Source: Candidatus Omnitrophota bacterium
Lineage (GTDB): Bacteria > Hinthialibacterota > Hinthialibacteria > OLB16
Direction: 5' to 3'
NCBI GenBank assembly: GCA_029261095.1
Contig: JAJDBZ010000381.1
Coordinates: 1 to 35,931 of the forward strand
Length of the DNA: 35,931 nucleotides
Position numbers and translations under genes: made by a program. How positions within the stretch are numbered: position 1 is the first letter of the stretch; the number at the start of each line of letters is the position of its first letter. The notes under the pieces are model-generated. The model worked only from the letters and a program-made list of their open reading frames with translations, searched no databases and was not told where the DNA came from. Positions 33,195-35,931 of the stretch are shown piece by piece.

Positions 33195-35045
33195 TCAGAA
33201 TCGATAGGTCGCCTCAAGTCCCACATTGAACGTGGAAGACTCGTTTTCGTCAAATGTATCAAAGAACTGCTTCGAATGAGAAACGGTGAGGGAGAACTGG
33301 AGGCTTTCTTTGGGGATATAATCGACAGAAAGGGATGAGTATGTCCCTGTAAAATCAGCGATCCGGGGAAAGTCGAAGAGATAAAATGCGGTCGCGCCTG
33401 TCTCTCCTTCGGGGAACCATCGGTGGTAAACATCCTCAAACAGGTTGACTCGCCATTGGTCGTTAGGAAACCAGGAGACCGAAAAATTCATCCCTGCTTC
33501 ACGATAATCTCCATCCGATTTGTCGCGCGGAAGACGTGGGTCGAGAGGGATGTCATCGGGGACCTCTCCAAAATGAAAGACCTGACCAAATCGCGGCTCA
33601 ACCGTTACAAAGAGTTCAGTTCCCTTTGAGTACTCATAGAGCCGGGCCAACTCAGCCCGGAGGGCGTTCGAATTGAGGTCTTCAGTCGTCGGATAGAAAC
33701 GAGGTTCCATTGTAAGCCGCCATCCTTTGGAAAAGGAATCGTTCAATCTCCTCCTACAAGTCGCAGTCCAGACAGAAATGAATTCGTCTTCCTCGCTCCC
33801 CGGTTGGTTGTAGTCTCGGTAGTAGAAATCCCCATCGAAATCGAAGCTGACGTCATCGTCCAGGGTGAAGACATGAGTCAGAAGACGATGCTCCCAATAG
33901 TCCTGGCTACTGTTATCGGAATCGAAACGGCTCTCGCGTGTCAACTCATACCCGATATCCACCCACTTATCGAACCCTTCTCGATAGTTCCATTCCGAAA
34001 TCAGAGTTCCTCGAATAAACCCATCGTCTCTGTCGGCTTCATATTCATGCCGTAGGTCTATTTCGAATCCACGCTGCCACTCCCACTCGTCTGAGAGTTT
34101 CTGAATGTACCTTGCTTCGAAGTCGTTCTGGACAAAAGAATCTCCTTGGTCATTTTGGAAGACTTTCCAGATCGATCGATTGTCCCACCAGAATCGATCC
34201 CCACTTGGCAAGTCGCGCTTCACAGTGAAATTCATCTCCTCGTAGAAGAAGTCCTGGTTCAATTCGATTTCGTTCTCGAAGTATAAGTGGCGCTCAGAGT
34301 CGAGGTCTCCGGATTCGACATAGTTCCAACTGACGAAACGTCCTATTTGCCTTTCCGTTCGCCTCGGCGCCTCGAATTCCGAAGTTGCATGGAAGACAAA
34401 CTGGTCGTAGTCGACTCCTGTACGAAGTGTCTGGTTGACCTCAAGGTCGGGGTAATGCGGTTTCATATCCTTGCCCAACGAATCCATGGTCGAATCGGGG
34501 GAGATCGAAATCTCTTCCGACTCCAATTGGAGAAGCCATGCCTCATAGTCGAGGAGAGTTTCATCAGTTACATCCGCCAAAAGATCGGGTGCCTGTTCAA
34601 GTATGGATTTGTCTTCTGTCGGAATCGACTCCAACAAACGATCGATCTTGTCAAAACTATCTTCGGTTTGTTTGAGAAGAACACTTTTGGAAGGATAAAG
34701 CAGAGCCCGGTCTCCCACCCTAACAGCGGACATAGTCTGTCGGTTTTCCTCACGGACATTAATATCGGATTCTGAGAGTTTATTGGTCACTCGAAAATCT
34801 ACTGGTCCTTGCCTCGATTGTATGAAACCCAGGGATCCAGTCGAAAGTTCGGTGGTAACCGAGAACCTGAGGGTCGCTTGTCCCCGGTCTGGCCGGACCT
34901 CTAGGACCCTCCCAGGTAGGAGGTCGGATTGGGTCCAGGCCGATTCAAGAACCAGGGTAATGGAAAGGATTGTGATGACTGCTAGCGCGGACCGTGCATT
35001 CACAAACATCGACTTTTCGCTCTTACTCCTAGGTTCCCGTTCCAT
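33195..35045 (-). CDS. Putative outer-membrane beta-barrel protein with N-terminal periplasmic region
   Basis: Signal-like hydrophobic segment, long run of amphipathic aromatic-rich strands, terminal VGLEATYRF (BAM beta-signal). Start uncertain (35096, 35045 or 35009). Confidence 0.72.
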   Translation of the reverse strand: MEREPRSKSEKSMFVNARSALAVITILSITLVLESAWTQSDLLPGRVLEVRPDRGQATLRFSVTTELSTGSLGFIQSRQGPVDFRVTNKLSESDINVREENRQTMSAVRVGDRALLYPSKSVLLKQTEDSFDKIDRLLESIPTEDKSILEQAPDLLADVTDETLLDYEAWLLQLESEEISISPDSTMDSLGKDMKPHYPDLEVNQTLRTGVDYDQFVFHATSEFEAPRRTERQIGRFVSWNYVESGDLDSERHLYFENEIELNQDFFYEEMNFTVKRDLPSGDRFWWDNRSIWKVFQNDQGDSFVQNDFEARYIQKLSDEWEWQRGFEIDLRHEYEADRDDGFIRGTLISEWNYREGFDKWVDIGYELTRESRFDSDNSSQDYWEHRLLTHVFTLDDDVSFDFDGDFYYRDYNQPGSEEDEFISVWTATCRRRLNDSFSKGWRLTMEPRFYPTTEDLNSNALRAELARLYEYSKGTELFVTVEPRFGQVFHFGEVPDDIPLDPRLPRDKSDGDYREAGMNFSVSWFPNDQWRVNLFEDVYHRWFPEGETGATAFYLFDFPRIADFTGTYSSLSVDYIPKESLQFSLTVSHSKQFFDTFDENESSTFNVGLEATYRF

Positions 35046-35231
35046 CAGATGCCGACTTACGAGGGTCGATTCAGAGTATCGACTGCTCGAAGCCACAACC
35101 AGAGTATGTCCAAAAATACCGAAAAATAAGGAGTGCCGGGTGAAGTTGGAGATCTTTTCAAAAAAACGGCATTCCCGCTTGTTCTATGCGTTTTCTCGGG
35201 GTTATACTCGGTGCGATGAGGAGGGATTGGC

Positions 35232-35423
35232 ATGGAGTGCGATCAGGAAAATCAGAATTTCGCGACCGATTCGGAAAATTATGGATTGGGTTTCCATAAA
35301 TGGCCACTGGGAATCGCGGTTGCGGTGACACTAGCCCTTTATGGGTTCATCTGGTTTTTCGTGGATTCCACTCCAACCTTTATCGATCCAATCCAATTAC
35401 CTCCTCCTCCAGGTAGTTTTTAA
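35232..35423 (+). CDS. Small single-TM protein
   Basis: 63-aa ORF with RBS GAGGAGGG, upstream TATACT at 35203-35208, one hydrophobic helix and a Pro-rich tail. Confidence 0.5.
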   Translation: MECDQENQNFATDSENYGLGFHKWPLGIAVAVTLALYGFIWFFVDSTPTFIDPIQLPPPPGSF

Positions 35424-35574
35424 ACCCCAAGGTGGGGGAGACGTTCTCGATCAATCGATCCAGAGAATCACAATCATGTGAATTCTTCTGGTTACAAAAA
35501 GTGTTTAACGGGCAATGTCTTCTAGAAGATTGGTCCTTTTTCCAGGAGGCTCGGTGTAAGCCGGAATAGCGGAA

Positions 35575-35931
35575 ATGGAAATCACGATCAAAAACAATTT
35601 GGACGAGATTTATTCTCTGGAACACACGATCCTGCAAAGAGTCGAAGAAGCGGGATACGAGGAGAGTTCCGCGTTCGCTATCCGTTTGGCTTTGGACGAG
35701 GCTCTGGTCAATGCCTACAAGCATGGCAACGCCGAAAACCCCGAGAAATCGGTACGCATTCGATACGAGATCGACGAGGAAAAAATCGATATCGAGATCG
35801 AAGACGAGGGAAAAGGATTCGATCAAACTCTTTTGCTCGACCCACGAACAGACGATCGCCTTCGAGAAACCAGCGGGCGGGGCATCTTCTTGATCCGTCA
35901 ATTCATGTCAAAAACCCTTTTCAATGACTAT
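35575..35931 (+). CDS. RsbW/SpoIIAB-like anti-sigma factor Ser/Thr kinase (partial, runs off the window end)
   Basis: Not in the ORF track because it has no stop. My translation from ATG 35575 gives MEITIKNNLDEI...IRLALDEALVNAYKHGN...IEDEGKGFD...SGRGIFLIRQFM. Confidence 0.9.
   Translation, partial: MEITIKNNLDEIYSLEHTILQRVEEAGYEESSAFAIRLALDEALVNAYKHGNAENPEKSVRIRYEIDEEKIDIEIEDEGKGFDQTLLLDPRTDDRLRETSGRGIFLIRQFMSKTLFNDY

Noticed and set aside
35380-35901. 173-aa minus-strand ORF
   Set aside because: Antisense to the RsbW-like gene, which has clear family motifs.

Overview
Chromosomal window of a diderm bacterium with moderately high GC. The gene content (PVC-type CxxCH protein, beta-helix protein with a dockerin-like tail, mqnD, waaF) suggests a PVC-like or uncultured lineage, but I cannot assign taxonomy from sequence alone. 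No rRNA, tRNA, CRISPR array, transposase or integrase is visible. Left to right: (i) two paralogous secreted proteins of unknown function plus a kelch-type propeller; (ii) a tightly coupled minus-strand operon nrdJ-ispF-DnaD-like-DnaC-like; (iii) envelope and glycosylation genes (two GT-C enzymes, two GT4, an orphan histidine kinase, waaF) interrupted after eda by a ~2.3 kb cassette. This cassette is bounded by composite inverted REP-like elements and carries a compositionally mosaic beta-helix gene plus the 3' remnant of a probable lost paralog; (iv) histidine phosphatase, SGNH hydrolase and a CxxCH protein; (v) a two-gene unit with its own predicted promoter, encoding a PilB/GspE ATPase with a degenerate MshEN motif and a double-domain KaiC-like ATPase whose second domain lacks the catalytic Glu and Arg finger and ends in a DHp-like tail; (vi) rph, mqnD, an outer-membrane beta-barrel and an RsbW-like kinase cut by the window end. 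The best candidates for undescribed biology are the PilB-KaiC pair, the REP-bounded cassette and the nrdJ-linked DnaD/DnaC module. All calls come from motif recognition by eye; no searches were run.
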